Assembly (NCBI GenBank): GCA_963815455.1
Contig: CAWFGO010000002.1
Coordinates: 416,001 to 480,000 of the forward strand
Direction of reading: 5' to 3'
From: an uncultured Verrucomicrobiae bacterium
Lineage (GTDB): Bacteria; Verrucomicrobiota; Verrucomicrobiia; Chthoniobacterales; UBA10450
Length of the DNA: 64,000 bases
The position numbers and the translations under genes were made by a program. Below, in pieces: positions 10,028 through 20,121 of the stretch (its first letter is position 1; each line of letters begins with the position of its first letter). The notes beneath the pieces were generated by a model, which saw only the letters and a list, made by a program, of their open reading frames with translations, was not told the origin of the DNA and did not search any database.

Positions 10028-10116
10028 GAGATGATAGTTGAGAGGTAAGCAAAGCTCGCTGCCGCCAGTCGAAGACTCGCCGTGGAGAGCGGTGGCTGAC
10101 CTCCGTCTCGTTGATA
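9970..10116 (+). mobile_element. Terminal attC site (147 bp)
   Basis: GCCTAACcaaacgatgcaggcaaccgctggc...gccag[insert]agcggtggctgacctccgtctcGTTGATA. Confidence 0.85.
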
Positions 10117-10261
10117 TGGCCTGCGCCATTTATGTATTCCGCGGTTTCTCGCGGGCATGTTCACCAAGGGTATTCCAAAGCTGGAGCGTTGGCAGAAATC
10201 TCCATAGGGCGACTTGCCCTGATCCCAGCGCGTTCCAACGGCCCGGCGATGCCGGGAAGTT

Positions 10262-10594
10262 TTATTCGCGTCTTTGTTTCTCAACCAAATGCCGCAACTG
10301 GCGTTCCATGGTTTTGAACGCGTCGTGGATCACTTTTCTGAGCGGCTCGTGGGTGCCGTTGTCCACTTGTTGTTCCTCGGCCACCAGCTCGTGCCGTGGC
10401 CGAACGGTCACGTCGATCCTGACCCGGAACGGGTTTCCCTTGTGATGGGCATGGTTCGGCTGCTCGATGGCCACGTCGCACCGGTTGATATGGTCGCAGA
10501 ATTTATCGAGCCGCGCGGCGTATTCGATTACGAGATTGTCGATGTTGTCCGATTTCTCCAGGCCGCGGTAAGTGACGTTAATAGGCAGTTGCAT
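10262..10594 (-). CDS. hpf: HPF/RaiA family ribosome hibernation protein
   Basis: MQLPINVTYRGLEKSD...RLDKF...CDVAIE...FRVRIDVTV...IHDAFKTMERQL. Confidence 0.85.
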   Translation of the reverse strand: MQLPINVTYRGLEKSDNIDNLVIEYAARLDKFCDHINRCDVAIEQPNHAHHKGNPFRVRIDVTVRPRHELVAEEQQVDNGTHEPLRKVIHDAFKTMERQLRHLVEKQRRE

Positions 10595-10648
10595 ACTTAA
10601 AGAAAGCTTAACCCATTCTGTGCACCGCGCGCGAACAAAAAGTCCAAC

Positions 10649-10791
10649 TGTCGTCCTGAGCGGAGCGAAGGACCTCGCGAACACAGATGCGCCTTTCTTG
10701 TATAATCACGCGTTGATCTTGAATCGTGCCTGGCAAACGCTTGCGCGATCCTAAACCTACTGTGAGGTCCTTCGCTCCGCTCAGGATGACA
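10649..10791. repeat. Non-autonomous palindromic element with 30-bp inverted ends
   Basis: tgtcgtcctgagcggagcgaaggacctcgc ... gtgaggtccttcgctccgctcaggatgaca. Confidence 0.85.
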
Positions 10792-10812
10792 AATCTGAGC
10801 GCGCGGACAAAT

Positions 10813-11280
10813 CTAAATGGGCTGCAGCGAACGGAAATGCGTTTGCAGTTTCGCCGGCTCTGTTTTCACCAGGTCCGATTTCACGTGCTCGACGATCTGG
10901 TCCCGCACCGCTGCGGGCAGAAGATCGACAACCGCGCCGTGAATCTCGGCCGGCGCGGCGAACGACCAGCCTTGGTTTTGACCAAGCGCGACAATTTTCA
11001 CGATTTCATCGGCCAGTTGTTTTTCGATCCGCCGATGCGTCTCCGCTTCGAGATGGGTCCGCTCGGCAACAGAGGCCGCTCCGTGATGCGCGCCGGCGCC
11101 GTTGGTGACCGGGAAACGGCCGGCCACGTCGGTCAATTTATCGGTCAGTTTCCCGTGGGCGTCGGTCAAATCGAACGCCTGCACCAGATGCAAACTTGGT
11201 CCGCGCGTGGGTGTTTCGTCCACCCGATAAGCTTTTAAACTGCCGCGATCTGCCACGATGACGAGAGAAGTTGGGATCAT
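10813..11280 (-). CDS. Host-attachment family protein (aeRF1/baeRF-related)
   Basis: LVIVADRG...LTDVAGRF...LADEI...FAAPAEI.G...VKSDLVK pattern. Confidence 0.75.
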   Translation of the reverse strand: MIPTSLVIVADRGSLKAYRVDETPTRGPSLHLVQAFDLTDAHGKLTDKLTDVAGRFPVTNGAGAHHGAASVAERTHLEAETHRRIEKQLADEIVKIVALGQNQGWSFAAPAEIHGAVVDLLPAAVRDQIVEHVKSDLVKTEPAKLQTHFRSLQPI

Positions 11281-11415
11281 AAATGAAGTCGAATTGGTTG
11301 GCCGGTTTGTCGCTCCGAATAAGGAGTAAAGCGATTCCCCAAGAGATAATCGTCTTTAGTCGCGCGATTGCGCTGCTTCACAATTCCACCGTAACATCTC
11401 GCTCCGGCAAAATCA

Positions 11416-13659
11416 CTATTCTTCTTGCGCTTTTTCCGGCTCCGCGGGTTTGCCGCCGCCGCCATCGTGGGGAATTTCGATATGGCGCTTTTTCCACGAT
11501 TCCTGACGGGCCCGTTCCTGCGCGCCGCGGGCGAGTTTTAATAAACAAGCGGCCCGCGCGCCAACATCGACATCGTCGCCCGAGGCCATTTTCTTCGGTT
11601 TCTTGAGAAATCCCTGGTCGAGCATCGTGTCGAGAACCAGTTCCCACTCGAGATGCTCCTCGCCCGGCAGCACAAACTGGATCGCTTCGTGATGCGCATT
11701 GACCAGAAGCAGAAAAGTCTCGTCCCGGACCGGTTCGCCTTGAAAATCGAGGACATCAGTCGTGTCGCCGCTCAGAAGCATCCCGAGACAACGCACAAAC
11801 GGCGACGCCCATTCCTCGTCGCTCATTTCTTCGCCACCGGGATTGAACCACATCACGTCCTTGATCTCCGAGCCGTGAACGCGGCGGCCCCGGAAAAACT
11901 TCGGGCGTCTGAAGACCGGGTGCTCGCGCCGAAGCTGGATCAATTTCCTGGTAAACTCGAGCAGCTGGCTCTGTTTTTCGTCGCGTTGCCAATTCAACCA
12001 ACTGATCTCGTTATCCTGGCAATAGGCATTGTTGTTTCCGTTTTGGGTCCGGGCGAATTCGTCGCCGGCGCAAAGCATCGGCACGCCTTGCGAGACGAGG
12101 AGAGTGGTCAGAAAATTCCGGCGTTGCCGGGCGCGTAACTTCTCGATCTCCGGGTCGTCGTTTGGCCCTTCCGCGCCGCAATTCCAGGAATTGTTATTGT
12201 TGTCGCCGTCCTGGTTGTTCTCGCCGTTGGCCTCATTGTGTTTCTCGTTGTAGCTGACCAGATCGTTCAGGGTGAAGCCGTCGTGCACGCAGACGAAATT
12301 AATACTGCCGGATGGCCGCCGGCCGCTGTTTTCGTAAAGATCGGGGCTACCGGTAAGACGGTAGGCGAGCTTCCCGATCCGGCCTTCGTCGCCCCGCCAA
12401 TAACGTCGCACCGTGTCGCGATATTTCCCGTTCCATTCCGACCAGGGCGCGGGAAAATTCCCGACTTGATAACCGCCGTCGCCAACGTCCCACGGCTCCG
12501 CGATTAATTTCACCTGCGACAAGACCGGGTCTTGCCGGATAACTTTAAGGAAAGCGTGAAACTTGTTTACGCCGGTGCCGTCGCGGGCGAGAGCGGGCGC
12601 GAGATCGAACCGGAACCCGTCCACGCGCATCTCACTCGCCCAGTAACGCAGGCTGTCCATGACCATTTGCAACGTGCGCGGATGCAACGTGTCGATGGTG
12701 TTGCCGGTGCCGGTGTAATCGAGATAGAAACGCGGATTGTCCGCCATTAACCGGTAATACGAAGCATTGTCGGCTCCGCGAAAACAGAGAGTCGGGCCGA
12801 GCCGGTTGCCTTCGCCGGTGTGATTGTAAACCACGTCCAGGATCACTTCGAGGCCGGCGGAATGCAGACGGCGCACCATTCCTTTGAACTCGGTGACCTG
12901 CTCGCCCATCTGACCGCCGCTGGAGTATTCGGCCTGGGGCGCAAAAAATCCGATCGTGTTGTAGCCCCAGTAATTGGTGAGGCCGCGATCGGCCAGCCCT
13001 TTATCATCGAGATGCGCGTGGACTGGGAGAAGCTCCACCGCGGTCACGCCAAGATGTTTGAGATAGCCAATTGCCGCGTCGCTGGCCAAACCGGCATAGG
13101 TGCCGCGCAGGTGGTCGGGAACATCGGGGCAGAGCTTGGTAAAGCCTTTCACGTGCATCTCGTAAATCACCGATTCATGCAAAGGCGTTCCCGGCTTCCG
13201 GTCGTCGCCCCAGTCGAACCCGGGATCGATCACGACCGACTTGGGCACGCCCCAGGCGTTGTCGCGGAAATCCTGCGACAAATCCGATTTCTCATCGCCC
13301 ACGACGTAGCCAAACATTTCGTCTCCCCAGTTCACGTTGCCCGCGATCGCTTTCGCGTAGGGATCGATCAACAATTTGGCGCTGTTAAAGCGCAGCCCGC
13401 GCTCCGGCTCGTAGGGACCAGAAACGCGATAGCCGTAAAGCTGCCCCGGCCGCGCATCGGGCAAAAAAACGTGCCAGACATCGTCGGTGCGTTCATTGAT
13501 CGGAATGCGAACGTTTTCCTGCGACGCGTCGGGCCGATCGAACAGGCAAAGATCGACCCCGGTCGCGTGCTCGGAAAAGATTGCGAAGTTCACGCCGTTT
13601 CCCATCCAGGTGGCGCCGAGTGGATAGGGATGGCCGAGCCAGCTTTTTACCGAAGTCAT
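11416..13659 (-). CDS. glgX: Glycogen debranching enzyme GlgX
   Basis: PYPLGAT, IYEMHVKGFT, NYWGYN, DVVYNH, DGFRFDLA, IAEPWD, HDGFTL. Confidence 0.97.
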   Translation of the reverse strand: MTSVKSWLGHPYPLGATWMGNGVNFAIFSEHATGVDLCLFDRPDASQENVRIPINERTDDVWHVFLPDARPGQLYGYRVSGPYEPERGLRFNSAKLLIDPYAKAIAGNVNWGDEMFGYVVGDEKSDLSQDFRDNAWGVPKSVVIDPGFDWGDDRKPGTPLHESVIYEMHVKGFTKLCPDVPDHLRGTYAGLASDAAIGYLKHLGVTAVELLPVHAHLDDKGLADRGLTNYWGYNTIGFFAPQAEYSSGGQMGEQVTEFKGMVRRLHSAGLEVILDVVYNHTGEGNRLGPTLCFRGADNASYYRLMADNPRFYLDYTGTGNTIDTLHPRTLQMVMDSLRYWASEMRVDGFRFDLAPALARDGTGVNKFHAFLKVIRQDPVLSQVKLIAEPWDVGDGGYQVGNFPAPWSEWNGKYRDTVRRYWRGDEGRIGKLAYRLTGSPDLYENSGRRPSGSINFVCVHDGFTLNDLVSYNEKHNEANGENNQDGDNNNNSWNCGAEGPNDDPEIEKLRARQRRNFLTTLLVSQGVPMLCAGDEFARTQNGNNNAYCQDNEISWLNWQRDEKQSQLLEFTRKLIQLRREHPVFRRPKFFRGRRVHGSEIKDVMWFNPGGEEMSDEEWASPFVRCLGMLLSGDTTDVLDFQGEPVRDETFLLLVNAHHEAIQFVLPGEEHLEWELVLDTMLDQGFLKKPKKMASGDDVDVGARAACLLKLARGAQERARQESWKKRHIEIPHDGGGGKPAEPEKAQEE

Positions 13660-13760
13660 AAACGCGCGTTTTCTATCCAGTACGGAACGCGCATTGGCAA
13701 TCGCGAAGGTGAAAACCAGTTCAACTTTGCTTTTGCCCGGGAGTCATCAAGAGTCCCGAT

Positions 13761-14285
13761 GTGGTCCGCAAGATCATCATTGTGCTCGCCGCAGTCGGTG
13801 CGGTCGGGCTGGGTGTTTATTTCTACACCCACCGAAATTGGGGCCCATTACCCGCCGGAACAACGATCGACCGAATCGTGGTCGAAAAATCGGCGCGAAC
13901 ATTGTCGATCTTCCGCAGCGGGAAAAAATTAAAAACGTATCGCGTCGCGCTGGGTCGCAATCCTGCCGGCCCGAAACAAGAGGAAGGCGACATGAAAACG
14001 CCGGAAGGCGTTTACACGATCGACAATCGCAAGGCGAACAGCGATTACCATCTCGCGCTTCACATTTCGTATCCTTCGGATGAAGACCGCGCCCGGGCGG
14101 CAGAGCGCGGGGTCTCGGCCGGGAGCGATATCGAAATTCACGGATTGCCAAACGGCCGCGGCGCGATCGGGGCCGCTCATCGCCTGAGTGATTGGACGGC
14201 CGGCTGCATTGCGCTGACCGATGAGGAGATCGAAGAGCTCTGGCAGGTGACTCCAGTGGACACCGTTGTCGAAATCCGACCGTAA
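13761..14285 (+). CDS. L,D-transpeptidase (YkuD family)
   Basis: KQEEGDMKTPEGVY, IEIHG, WTAGCIAL. Confidence 0.92.
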   Translation: MVRKIIIVLAAVGAVGLGVYFYTHRNWGPLPAGTTIDRIVVEKSARTLSIFRSGKKLKTYRVALGRNPAGPKQEEGDMKTPEGVYTIDNRKANSDYHLALHISYPSDEDRARAAERGVSAGSDIEIHGLPNGRGAIGAAHRLSDWTAGCIALTDEEIEELWQVTPVDTVVEIRP

Positions 14286-14422
14286 TCGGAGGGAGGAGTT
14301 TCTGCTCGTCCTGGTCGTGCCGAAGCACGACCCTCCAAACAACTTGCGCTTTCCGCTTGTGGAGATACGGCTTGAGCCACAGAATCTTGCAGACGGAACC
14401 TCTTTTTCAGCAATAGTTGCTC

Positions 14423-14986
14423 ATGCGATTGCTCGATCCATTGTGGCTGGGCGCGATTTTCGGCCTGTCCGAGCTCTACCTCGCGATCACGCGACGGGCG
14501 CGGACCCGCGTGCTTTCACGCGACCGGCGCTCGCTCCTGATATTGTGGGCGGTGATCATCGTGAGCATTTTCTTTGCGATCCAAATGGTTTGGATGGCCC
14601 CGGACGCGGCGCTGCCTTCTCGACGCATATTTTATTTTGTCGGTTTCGCTGTCTGGTTGGGTGGTTTGATTTTGCGATGGTATTCGATCGGTTATCTCGG
14701 CCGCTACTTTACGGTCAACGTGTCGATTGATCCGGAACATCAGTTGGTCGATTCCGGACCGTATCGGAATATCCGCCATCCTTCCTATACCGGCGCGCTT
14801 CTGGCTTTTCTCGGTTTCGGTCTTTGCCTGGGGAATTGGTTGTCGATCCTGCTTCTGACCGTGCCGATCATTTGCGCGTTTCTCTGGCGCATTCGAATCG
14901 AGGAATCCGCCCTTTTGGAAGCTCTCGGTCAGGATTACCGCGACTACACGCGGCGAACGGAACGTCTGATTCCGTGGGTGTACTAG
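14423..14986 (+). CDS. Isoprenylcysteine carboxyl methyltransferase family protein
   Basis: HQLVDSGPYRNIRHPSY, RIRIEE. Confidence 0.9.
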   Translation: MRLLDPLWLGAIFGLSELYLAITRRARTRVLSRDRRSLLILWAVIIVSIFFAIQMVWMAPDAALPSRRIFYFVGFAVWLGGLILRWYSIGYLGRYFTVNVSIDPEHQLVDSGPYRNIRHPSYTGALLAFLGFGLCLGNWLSILLLTVPIICAFLWRIRIEESALLEALGQDYRDYTRRTERLIPWVY

Positions 14987-14987
14987 C

Positions 14988-15449
14988 CTAGCGCGGGTTG
15001 TGGCATTGGCCTCTGGCCAATGTCCTCATCGGCTGGAAGCCGATGCCACAGTCTATAGATCTCGGAGTGCTTCTCTGCGCCTTTTCGACATCGGACGGGC
15101 GCAAAACGATCAGGCCCTGAGGCGATTTCGCGCTCGTCGCCATGTAGGCGTATTCGATGTTGATCTCGGCTTTGGCCAGCCGATCGGCGATTCTTGCCAG
15201 CATGCCCGGCTCGTTGGCGGTATCGATGAGGAGGACGTCGTTTTCCAGCGCCAGAACGCCGCGTTCGCCCAGAAGCATGAGCGCCTTGGTCGGATCGCTC
15301 ACCACCATGCGCACAACCGAGTGATCGACCGTGTCCGAAATCGAGAGTGCATGAATGTTGATCCCGGCTTCGGCCAGCGACTCGCACACGCGGGCTAGCG
15401 CGCCGGGGCGATTGCTGAGAAAAACAGCGAGCTGAGTGGCTGTTGCCAT
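14988..15449 (-). CDS. Tandem ACT domain protein
   Basis: QLAVFLSNRPGALARV...INIHAL; NEPGMLARI...INIEYAY; C-terminal tail runs through a GTGG-type REP at 14999-15050. Confidence 0.88.
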   Translation of the reverse strand: MATATQLAVFLSNRPGALARVCESLAEAGINIHALSISDTVDHSVVRMVVSDPTKALMLLGERGVLALENDVLLIDTANEPGMLARIADRLAKAEINIEYAYMATSAKSPQGLIVLRPSDVEKAQRSTPRSIDCGIGFQPMRTLARGQCHNPR

Positions 15450-15591
15450 TGAGGGGTTGGATTGCGAATTCATGGCGCTCTCAAAGTGATCGCCGGCAAC
15501 GCCGTCTGACAACAGACAATCGGGCCCGCACCTGCTGGCCCCGAAAAAAAAATTCGCGAGTCCCGATTATTTCGGGATTGTCGATCCAATT

Positions 15592-16944
15592 GTGACCCCC
15601 ACAACCGAGCTCACCGCCGCGCAAACTTCTACTCCTCCGCGCACCATTGGCTTTTTCACCGCTTGCGGGATCGTCATTGCCAACATCATCGGTACCGGCG
15701 TTTTCACCAGTCTGGGCTTTCAGTTGCCGGGCATCCAATCCGGGTTCGCCCTGCTCATGCTTTGGGTGGTGGGCGGGATCGCCGCGCTCTGCGGCGCACT
15801 TTGTTACGGCGAACTCAGCGCCGCCCTCCCCCGCTCCGGCGGTGAGTACCATTTTCTCTCGCGCATTTATCATCCCGCGCTCGGATTCATGGCCGGCGTC
15901 GTATCCGCAACCGTGGGTTTTGCGGCGCCGATCGCGCTCGCGGCCATGGCGTTTGGGCAATATTTTCGCGGCGTTTTCGAGGCCGGTTCGCCGTTGATTT
16001 TTTCAATCCTGGTCGTCTGGGGTGTTGCCCTTTTTCATCTTTCCAATCTGCGCGTCGGCAGCGTGTTTCAGAATTTGTGGACGATTGTGAAAGTGCTATT
16101 GATTGTGGCGCTCATCGTGGCGGGGTTCCTGGTCGATCCCAAACAACCGATCACATTCTTGCCGCAACCCGGCGATACGATGTCGATCTTCAGCGCGCCG
16201 TTCGCCGTGTCGCTCGTCTTCGTGATGTATTCCTACTCGGGCTGGAACGCGTCCAGCTACATCACTGGTGAAATTGACCGGCCCGAGAAAAATGTCCCGC
16301 GTTCTCTGTTCTGGGGGACGATTGTCGTCATCGCGCTTTACACTGCGCTCAACTCAGCCTTTCTACTCGCTGCGCCCCGTGAAGAAATGAGCGGCCAACT
16401 CGAAGTCGCCCTCATCGCCGGGAAACACATTTTCGGTGAGAATGGCGGACGCATCGTCGGCGGGATCATTTGCATTGGACTTATTTCCGCGATCAGCTCC
16501 ATGACCTGGATCGGTCCGCGCGTCACCATGTCGATGGGTGAAGACAATCCCCTCATTCGATTTCTCTCGCGAAAAAATCGCAGTGGCGTCCCATTCAACG
16601 CCTTGTTGCTGCAACTCGTGCTGGTCAACCTGCTGCTGCTGACGGGCAGCTTCCAGGGTGTGGTCAAGTATATTGGGTTTGCGTTGCTGTTCTGTTCGTT
16701 GCTCACTGTCATCGGCGTAATCGTTCTGCGCTGGACGCATCCGGAAATTGCCCGGCCGTATCGAGTCTGGGCTTATCCAATTCCGCCGCTCATTTTCATC
16801 GCCATTACCGTTTGGATGATGATCTATCTCTTGCAGTCCAATCCAATTGAATCATTGTCCGGCGTGGCCACCATGATCGTCGGCTTCGTTCTCTATTTTG
16901 CTCCCCATTATTTGGCCGAAAAACGGCGCCAATCCATCCCATGA
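15592..16944 (+). CDS. APC family amino acid permease
   Basis: IIGTGVF, YGELSAALPRSGGEY, YSYSGWN, RPYRV. Confidence 0.93.
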   Translation: MTPTTELTAAQTSTPPRTIGFFTACGIVIANIIGTGVFTSLGFQLPGIQSGFALLMLWVVGGIAALCGALCYGELSAALPRSGGEYHFLSRIYHPALGFMAGVVSATVGFAAPIALAAMAFGQYFRGVFEAGSPLIFSILVVWGVALFHLSNLRVGSVFQNLWTIVKVLLIVALIVAGFLVDPKQPITFLPQPGDTMSIFSAPFAVSLVFVMYSYSGWNASSYITGEIDRPEKNVPRSLFWGTIVVIALYTALNSAFLLAAPREEMSGQLEVALIAGKHIFGENGGRIVGGIICIGLISAISSMTWIGPRVTMSMGEDNPLIRFLSRKNRSGVPFNALLLQLVLVNLLLLTGSFQGVVKYIGFALLFCSLLTVIGVIVLRWTHPEIARPYRVWAYPIPPLIFIAITVWMMIYLLQSNPIESLSGVATMIVGFVLYFAPHYLAEKRRQSIP

Positions 16945-18080
16945 AGAATCTTTATCGCCTCATCCTTATCGGAATCGCGTTGTCGATCCTCGCACCGCCG
17001 GCATCGGCCCGACGACACCAGCCCAAGCCTCAGCCGGCCGAAGCCGCGCCCGAACAGCCGGCGTTGCCGCCGCCCAACGACACGGCGCTGTTCCTCGCCG
17101 GGATGCCGGTCCCGAAAAATTCGCCGCTCGCGCCGCTCTTGAGCGATCCCGCGTGGCAGGAGCACTCAGCCTTCTTCGAGAAAGCGTTTGGCAAACTCAA
17201 TACCAAACAGCTCGAGAAACTGCATACGTGGCAGGAAACCTATCTGCCCGAATCGATGGAGCCGATTCCGGTGGCCTATTACATGTTCAGCGGCCCCGAT
17301 TTTCTCTACGTCGATCAATTTTTCCCGAAGGCATCCGTTTACATTCTGTGCGGCAAAGAATCGATGGGACCGCCGCCTGACCCGCTCCGCATCGCCAACC
17401 TGGCCGCCGCGTTTCATAATCTCGAAGACGCGATGAATTCGTCTCTCCGTTACAGCTTTTTCATCACCAAAGACATGAAGGTTGATTTGCACCAGCAACA
17501 GCTCATTGGCACGCTGCCGATTCTTTATGTTTACCTCGCTCGCGCTGGCAAGACGATCAAGGAAGTGACCTACGGATCGCTCGACAGCGGCGGCGCGTTC
17601 CGCCAAAGCGCGCCGGGCCGGGGCGAAACACCCGGCGTTCGGATCAGTTACATCGACAATCAATCCGGTCTGAACCAGACGCTCTTTTATTTCACCACCG
17701 ATATTTCCGACAGCGGCATCAGCGCCACGCCCGGGTTCCTGAAGTTTTGCGGCCAGCACGGTGTGGGCGCGAGCCTTCTGAAATCATCCTCCTATCTGAT
17801 GTTTGAAAGCGGTTTTAACCGGATCCGTAATTTCGTTCTCGATCACAGCAACATCATTGTCCAGGACGACGCCGGGATTCCGCTGGCTAATTTTAATCGC
17901 GACAAATGGAATATTCGCCTCTTCGGCACCTACCTCGGCCCGATCGAAATCTTCAAGCAACATTACCAACCGAAACTGAAAGAGCTTTTCCAGCAAAGCA
18001 ATCCGCCGCCGCTGCGGTTCAATTATGGCTACCGCTGGAACTGGAAGGAAAGCCACATCATCCTGGCCACGCGGAATTAA
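16941..18080 (+). CDS. Secreted hypothetical protein
   Basis: Signal peptide; ATGA overlap with the permease; motifs YMFSGPDFLY, LKSSSYLM, VQDDAGIP. Confidence 0.8.
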   Translation: MKNLYRLILIGIALSILAPPASARRHQPKPQPAEAAPEQPALPPPNDTALFLAGMPVPKNSPLAPLLSDPAWQEHSAFFEKAFGKLNTKQLEKLHTWQETYLPESMEPIPVAYYMFSGPDFLYVDQFFPKASVYILCGKESMGPPPDPLRIANLAAAFHNLEDAMNSSLRYSFFITKDMKVDLHQQQLIGTLPILYVYLARAGKTIKEVTYGSLDSGGAFRQSAPGRGETPGVRISYIDNQSGLNQTLFYFTTDISDSGISATPGFLKFCGQHGVGASLLKSSSYLMFESGFNRIRNFVLDHSNIIVQDDAGIPLANFNRDKWNIRLFGTYLGPIEIFKQHYQPKLKELFQQSNPPPLRFNYGYRWNWKESHIILATRN

Positions 18081-18223
18081 CCATTCGCGAAAGCTTCAGG
18101 GCTCAGCAGGGGTCAACAGTGCCCGCGCCATCCGTAACCAATTCGCGCCAGTTCAGAAGCAAATGTCAAATGCGAGATGCGATCCCGATCCCGCCGACCT
18201 TATTAATATTCGTTAGCGAATAT

Positions 18224-18877
18224 TCAATGTTGAGATTTGACCTCGTTTTCCGTTCCCCGTTTCCGGGGTCGAGTGAGTAGCGCTGCGATATCACCATGAC
18301 CATTTCTCCTAGCCCAATCCTCGGCGGAACGGAAATCCTCATCCCTGATAGTCGTACCTGCGCCCGACGCCAGTAATGCCTCAACGATCTTTTTGTTTCC
18401 GTTTTCTGCGGCACATATAAGAGGAGTTTGACCGACTTCATTTTGCACGTCTAACTGCGCGTGATGATTGAGAAGAAGCGCAACGATTTTTTCATCTCCC
18501 TTTATCGCTGCCCAATGCAGGGCTGTGGCGTTAGCAACGTCTTTCGCGTTAACGTTGGCGCCTGCTTCTATCAAAATCTTTGCCGCTTCGGAACGCTTGG
18601 CAGAAGCGGCGAGGATCAAAGGAGTGCGTTTGTAGCCTCCTGAGCCTTCGATGTTTGCGCCGGAAGATATAAGCCGACGCAAGCTTGAAAGATCGCCCCT
18701 AAATGCAGCCAAGCCCAATTCAGGACTATCTGGCTGTAAATCCGGTGCAACGCCTTCAGCGAACGAATCTTTGATAGGCTCGGTTTCAGAGCTTTGTGCC
18801 AAGCACCGTTCCAGTGAAACTGCCAGCAGACCGATGATTAGAACGATATGTAAAACTGTCTTGCGATTCAAATCCAT
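18224..18877 (-). CDS. Secreted ankyrin repeat protein
   Basis: TPLILAA, TALHWAA, TPLICAA repeats; signal peptide; visibly more AT-rich than its flanks. Confidence 0.92.
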   Translation of the reverse strand: MDLNRKTVLHIVLIIGLLAVSLERCLAQSSETEPIKDSFAEGVAPDLQPDSPELGLAAFRGDLSSLRRLISSGANIEGSGGYKRTPLILAASAKRSEAAKILIEAGANVNAKDVANATALHWAAIKGDEKIVALLLNHHAQLDVQNEVGQTPLICAAENGNKKIVEALLASGAGTTIRDEDFRSAEDWARRNGHGDIAALLTRPRKRGTENEVKSQH

Positions 18878-19010
18878 ATTTTCTTAATTCTTATACGGCT
18901 CAAAAGGAGGCATTGTCGGGGAAGGCGGGAGACCAATAGGGTCAGTCCTGATTTTCGACACAGATCGCTTATCGTTGTCGCTGCAAAAGATTGAAACAAG
19001 AGCATGGGCT

Positions 19011-20090
19011 TCAGCGAAATCGCCGGAACCAGGAATACGGGAACACGTCGCCCGGACAATCGGTGGACCAACGCGGCGGATTCATTTCACGATGGGGCCG
19101 GACAAGGATGTCGTGACCGGCGACTTTGCCGCAGCGCTGGCGCAGATAGCGAATCAGTTCTTCACAAGACTCGAGCTGGGCCCGGGTCGGCTGGTCACGA
19201 TTGAAATCGCCGACCAAACAGATGCCGAGCGAGATGTTGTTCAGGTAATCGCTGTGGACATGGCCGCCATTGATCTGACGCCGCCAGCGATCTCCTACCT
19301 CGACCTGGCCGTTGCCGGTCGAGGTGCCGTTTCCGATCACGAAATGATAGGCGAGTCCGTTCTGCATCCGCCGGACATGTCGATGGTAATAATCGAACAC
19401 GCGGGCGTTGCCCTGCCGGGTGCCGCTGTTGTGGACGACGATGAATTGCCAACGGCGACTCTGCACCGGGGCGCGCCGGATTTCTTCGATAACCGATCTG
19501 CTGAGATAACGATAACTAGTCTGATTGGAACGACCGGACGATCCCCAAAAGAGAAAATGGCGCGGGGGCGGCGACGGCGGAGGCACCAGGGCTTGTTCGC
19601 TTTCGAGTCCCGATTTCTCAACCACGACCTGCGCCCGGTCGCCGGGAGAGTTGACCGGGATTGCCCGGGGCAATGGCGCAGTCGGCCGCTCGATCGGAGA
19701 CGGGGCTGCCTTGGCCGATTCCGCTTTTCCATGGGCGGGCGTTTTCTCCGCCCTGGCAGCTTTTTTTTTCGCCTTTGTCTTCGATGTCGATGTAGAACTC
19801 TTTTTGGACGTCGATTTGTGTTTCTTGCTTTTCGGCTTCGGCGTCGGACTTGTTTTTTCTTTCGGCGCGGGAGAGGAATCCTTCGCCTTCTTTTTGCCCG
19901 TCGATGTTTTCCTGGTTCCCTTGCGTTTTGGAGTTGCCGTGGGCGATTCGCTTGGAGTGGCTGACGAAGCAGCGCGGGCTTTTAGAAATTCCTTCCGCTT
20001 TTCTTCGTCACTGATTTGGGCGCGAAGAACCGTGCCGAGAATTGCGCTCAACGCGACGACAGTTGCAACCCAGAGACGAAGACGGACCAC
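19011..20090 (-). CDS. N-acetylmuramoyl-L-alanine amidase (Amidase_2) with Lys/Ser-rich linker
   Basis: IVVHNSG, LAYHFVIGNG, SLGICLVGDF, PHRE...TDCPG; start uncertain (GTG 20090 chosen). Confidence 0.88.
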   Translation of the reverse strand: MVRLRLWVATVVALSAILGTVLRAQISDEEKRKEFLKARAASSATPSESPTATPKRKGTRKTSTGKKKAKDSSPAPKEKTSPTPKPKSKKHKSTSKKSSTSTSKTKAKKKAARAEKTPAHGKAESAKAAPSPIERPTAPLPRAIPVNSPGDRAQVVVEKSGLESEQALVPPPSPPPRHFLFWGSSGRSNQTSYRYLSRSVIEEIRRAPVQSRRWQFIVVHNSGTRQGNARVFDYYHRHVRRMQNGLAYHFVIGNGTSTGNGQVEVGDRWRRQINGGHVHSDYLNNISLGICLVGDFNRDQPTRAQLESCEELIRYLRQRCGKVAGHDILVRPHREMNPPRWSTDCPGDVFPYSWFRRFR

Positions 20091-20121
20091 TGCGCGGAGC
20101 GTAACAGAGCAAACCGCGCGA

